NCBI RefSeq assembly: GCF_038025025.1
Contig: NW_027117343.1
Span: forward strand, 496,001 to 560,000
Length of the DNA stretch: 64,000 nt
Direction: 5' to 3'
Origin: Phyllosticta citribraziliensis
Taxonomy: Eukaryota
Under the pieces are notes generated by a model. The model did no database searches and was not told the origin of the DNA. It saw only the letters and a list, made by a program, of their open reading frames with translations. Each line of letters opens with the position of its first letter. Position 1 is the first letter of the stretch. The translations under genes and the position numbers were made by a program. Below, one piece after another: positions 60,174 through 64,000 of this stretch.

Positions 60174-60989
60174 GCGGCCTACCTACATACCCACGAGGCA
60201 CGCGGCTTGTGGCCATTGACAACGACAAATCGACAAACCATCGACCTCGGCATGAGGCGATGGGCTAGTTTGTGAGATAGATGGGGAGCGACTGAGCGAG
60301 CCTTGTTTGTGGTGGCTTTTATTTCCCCTGATCTCCCTTGCCTCATTTTTCTGATCTTTCCTTTTCTGCTCCTTCTGTCTTCTGCCGCAGCGAGATGTGG
60401 AGCCGGCGAGGCGGGCGATGCGATACAGCACTTTTCATGTCGTGGCATGGCAGCGCGGAAGCTGCCTGTGCAGACAGCCAGCCTAGGAAGATACGCTTTA
60501 TGACATCAATTTCTTACTTTACTTCATTGACTTGCCTGCTCGCCAACTACGGGGATCGAGTGTTCAATATTTCTGATGTCACTACGCTGCCAAAATACCT
60601 ACCTCAATTCCATGTTCTTTGACCACCTGTTTGCGTACCTACTTGCAAGATATCAGATCTTGCTGCTGCACTATTTTGCTTGTTTCGCATGCAATTTTTG
60701 CTTGCTTGCTTGCCCAAATTTTTGGCCGCATCGCCACGCGGCCACGCTTTCTGGAGCAACGCTGCCAAAGCACCAATCAAAGGCGATCCAACGAGAACGA
60801 CTGGCCGCACGCGCCCTGCTCGGCGCTGTCTCTGTAAAACAAAAGCAGATAAGTCAGACACTCGACACCTACAAAACGACAGTGTCGCCGGACTTCATCA
60901 TCGTCGTCATGACACCCTCGTCGTCGAAAAAGATGGAGAAAGAGCAAAAGAAAATCACACGCGAGGAAAACGGAAAGAGAAACAGGTGC

Positions 60990-62269
60990 CTACAGTTTGG
61001 CCTCGTACTCGAGCACCTCGGGCGCCATGACGCCGCCGGGCGTCAACTTGCTGTAGTCGGTTTCGGCGGGCCCGTGTTCGACATCTGGCCAGGGCCCCAT
61101 GGGCGTGATTGCGCGCGGGTTGATGTCGAAGTGGGATTTGGTATACTGCGAGTCGTCAGCATCGATCCAACAGCGGCAGCAGCAGCAGCAGCAGCAGTAA
61201 CAAGTTTGCTTTTGGTCCTGTCCCTGCTTCAATGCCCTCCTACACCCACCCGGACACTCACATTTTCCTTGATGTGTTTAAAGTCCGTCGACTCCTTGAA
61301 ACCCTCGACGTTCCAATATACATGCCTTAACCACGCATTCAGCACGGGGTACTCATGCCGTATGGTCCCCAAATTGCACTTGAAATGCTGCACATAGACG
61401 GTATCAAAACGTATGATGGTCGCAAACGCGCGCACATCAATCTCCGTCAACTCCTTTCCCAAAATGTACGGCCCGCCATGCTTGTGTGTCAGGCGTTCGA
61501 GCTTGTTGAGCGCCCCGAAAACCGGAATCACGTTCTTGTCGTAGGTCGCTTGGTCGGGCGCGAAGCCGGCGGCATAGACGCCCGCGTTGAAGTCGCGCTG
61601 CAGCCAGGGAGCGATGGCGTCGATTTGGGAGCGCAGAGGCGCGGGGTATAGGTCGATGGCGGCGAGTGGCGGGGGCAGTAGGGTGTTGAAGGCTGCGGGT
61701 AGCCAGCGCAGCAGCTCGGCGGATTCCTGTTGTCGCCAAATCACATCAGCAATCTCGTCAACACCAATTTCCTCTTCATCTGCGCTCTGATTGCAAGTCC
61801 CGCACACGTACGTTGTTGACTATCGTCCCCGTCTTCTTGTCCCATAGCATCGGCACCGTGAAGCGCCCCTTGTACTCCGGATCCGCCTTGAAGTACACCT
61901 CGTGCAGGTACTTGCTGCCAAACAGCTTGTCGACGGTCGCGCCGGGGTACTCGTCGTCGCTGGCGGGGAACCGCCAGCCGGGCCACCCCTTGGAGTCGCC
62001 CTTGGGGTACGGCGCCACGATTGACATGTCGATGAATTGGTCTAGGTGCTTGTGCAGCCGGACCAAGTTGGCGCGGTGCGCAAAGGGGCAGAAGAGGCCT
62101 GCGGTTGTCAGCTGGAGTGTTGGGGGGGAGGGTGTGGATTGTGGGTGGACGTGCCGATGTACAGGTGGTAGCGGTCGGCTTCGGGAGGGAATTGACTGCC
62201 TGGAGCTATCATCGCGTGCCAGCCGTCGTCGGTGCCCGGCTTGTGAATGTCTGGGTTGGTGGTGCTCAT
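60990..62269 (-). CDS. Glutathionyl-hydroquinone reductase / omega(Xi)-class glutathione transferase (Ecm4/Gto family) with C-terminal AKL (PTS1); 4 exons
   Basis: FPPEADRYHLYI|GLFCPFAHR, YKGRFTVPMLWDKKTGTIVNN|ESAEL, NAGVY.AGFA, TIIRFD.VYVQHFKCN, HIKEN|YTKSHFDINP.AITPMGP. Confidence 0.92.
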
Positions 62270-62600
62270 GGTGTCTGCCGTTGTTGTCCAATTGGTGCCG
62301 ACTTGCGCGCGAGGTTGATGATATATGGCGGGTAGAGGTCGCGCTCGCGTGAGAGCAGAGATCGAGAGGAGATTGGGAAGCGTAAGTCGCAATAGCGACC
62401 GGATGTGTGTGGAAGAGCCGTTGTCTCGAGTAGTCGCGTCATCGAGCTTGAGTGGGGAGCTCTAGCGGAAGCGTTCCGCAGTTCGCAACTCGTCACGCAA
62501 GCTACGGAGCACTCAATCAACATCGACAGCTCAGGCATCACTCTACTATTACATCTATTGACTACTCATCCTCCATCTACAGCCGCATTTACAGCACCAT

Positions 62601-64000
62601 TCACACTCTTCTCTTGTCGTACCCAACGCCTTTACCCACCGGACAATTGTCGATATTCGCCTTCCACTCGAGCTCCGCGAATTTGGGAATGACCTGGTTG
62701 CTCTTGAACGAATCTGGGAGATAGGCCTTCGCGTCCTTCGCGGTATACTTTGCTCCGACCTTACTCAGCGCACCAACAACATACTTTTCGATGAAATTGA
62801 TGTAGATGACGTCCACCTTGTCAGGCAGCGTCCCATCAGTCGGAAAAGACGCGTTCGCCTGCACGTCGTTGGGCAGCGGATACGCCGTAACGTTGACGTG
62901 CGGCGTGTCGTCGCCGTCTTCTCCAAAGTCGTCCTTGGTCACGTATCCCGGCGTAGGGTCGTAATCTGAGCGGCGCGTGAGGCGGTTAGGCTCGCCACGC
63001 TTCACGAGACCGTCGTGAAAGACGGGCGGGTCGACACATTCCTCTTGGTCGACGAGAGACATTCCGTTGAAGCCAAAGTCGCGTGGCGTAAGATCCAGCG
63101 AGCGCTTCTGATATGGTCCGGCGTTCATGGTGTCGAGGACTGTCTTGGCCTGGTCCCACGGTACATCGGGAAGGTATTTGAATGTGTTTTCGAACGGGCT
63201 GACAATGAAGGAGTCGTCGTACGTGAATGGTCCCTGGACCAGGTCGAAGCGAATGTTTCCCGTGTTGACGAAGATGATGCGAGGTTTGTCTTTTCGCTCC
63301 TCGTTGACGACGATCTTGCTCAGTGCCTCCTCGAGCAGCTTGTAGATGCTGCCCTCGGTGCCAAACGGCTTGCAAAATATGCAATACGTTCTGGGAGCGC
63401 AACCAATCAGCCTAGTCAGGTTTAGTTGGCTGCGGACTCCAGTGATTGTGGCCGTCACGGCTTTGCCCTGCTGCGTGTCGAAATCCGTGTCCTGGCTGCG
63501 GTCCGCGTGGTAGGCAAAAGTCAATCGGTTCCAATCGAGATACCTCCGCGAGTAGACCAGTGAAGAGGGAGTCTTGGATTGTGGGAGGGACTTGTCTCGT
63601 TCTGCATCTTCGACTGGTTCTGCTGGACGCGAAGGGCCAGGAATTCCTAGTGGCTGCTGCGCCTTTGACGCCTCCAGGCCTGCAATGGAGATCCACCCCA
63701 GTGTCTCGCAATACCGTCCGGACTCTATGGCGGTGGCCTTGTTATCGTACACGACGAAATCTCGCATGTGCGTGTGTCCACCAAAGATTTGGATCGGCGT
63801 GTCAGGAAACTTGTCGCGAATGGCGCCGTAGTACTTGCCCATGGTGCTGGTCTTGTCCGTGGTCCGCGCCGCATTATGCCCAATCACGACAAACATGTCG
63901 ATTGGCTGGTCGAAGTTCAAGGCATCCTGGAACCACTGCTCCTTGAGCACGTCGTCGGCCTTGACGACCTTGGACACGTTGGAATTCTTGTCAAAGTCGA
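62601..64000 (-). CDS. Calcineurin-like metallophosphoesterase / 5'-nucleotidase family protein (YHR202W-like); 5' end lies outside the window
   Basis: VIGHN, IQIFGGHTHMRDF, ESGRYCETLGW, RRYLDWN, NTGNIRFDL.QGPFT.DDSFIVSPF, PGYVTKDDFGEDGDDT.H. Confidence 0.85.
   Translation of the reverse strand, partial: DFDKNSNVSKVVKADDVLKEQWFQDALNFDQPIDMFVVIGHNAARTTDKTSTMGKYYGAIRDKFPDTPIQIFGGHTHMRDFVVYDNKATAIESGRYCETLGWISIAGLEASKAQQPLGIPGPSRPAEPVEDAERDKSLPQSKTPSSLVYSRRYLDWNRLTFAYHADRSQDTDFDTQQGKAVTATITGVRSQLNLTRLIGCAPRTYCIFCKPFGTEGSIYKLLEEALSKIVVNEERKDKPRIIFVNTGNIRFDLVQGPFTYDDSFIVSPFENTFKYLPDVPWDQAKTVLDTMNAGPYQKRSLDLTPRDFGFNGMSLVDQEECVDPPVFHDGLVKRGEPNRLTRRSDYDPTPGYVTKDDFGEDGDDTPHVNVTAYPLPNDVQANASFPTDGTLPDKVDVIYINFIEKYVVGALSKVGAKYTAKDAKAYLPDSFKSNQVIPKFAELEWKANIDNCPVGKGVGYDKRRV

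Noticed and set aside
61173..61197. Poly-Cys/poly-Ala tract in ORF translations
   Set aside because: It is a (CAG)n microsatellite inside the last GST intron, not coding.

Overview
Eukaryotic, intron-rich fungal DNA. Introns are short GT-AG with CTRAC/CTAAC branch sites. The gene content (type 1 NLP, HET, Bys1-like) indicates a filamentous ascomycete, possibly a plant-associated Dothideomycete (inference). About 30 genes were read by hand. Conserved genes: Hrr1/ZNFX1-type helicase, SAGA Spt8, ALYREF/Yra1-like RRM protein, STRAP WD40, COX7, PPR-like protein, Ecm15-like, IPK1, Rtt103, clathrin light chain, omega/Xi GST and a partial 5'-nucleotidase-like phosphoesterase. Accessory features of most interest: (1) a tandem array of five highly diverged BTB/POZ genes at 9.3-17.0 kb sharing two intron positions, one with a damaged splice donor; (2) an effector-like island at 47-56.5 kb with an NLP, a 4-exon 173-aa secreted protein built of defensin-like (CS-alpha-beta-like) cysteine modules, a secreted ADC-like protein and a HET protein with ankyrin repeats inserted inside the HET domain; (3) a 38-aa Cys-rich CaaX-terminated micropeptide gene at 60.1 kb that falls below the ORF-track cutoff. 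No rRNA, tRNA, CRISPR or recognisable transposon was seen. Family assignments come from motif recognition only; no searches were run.
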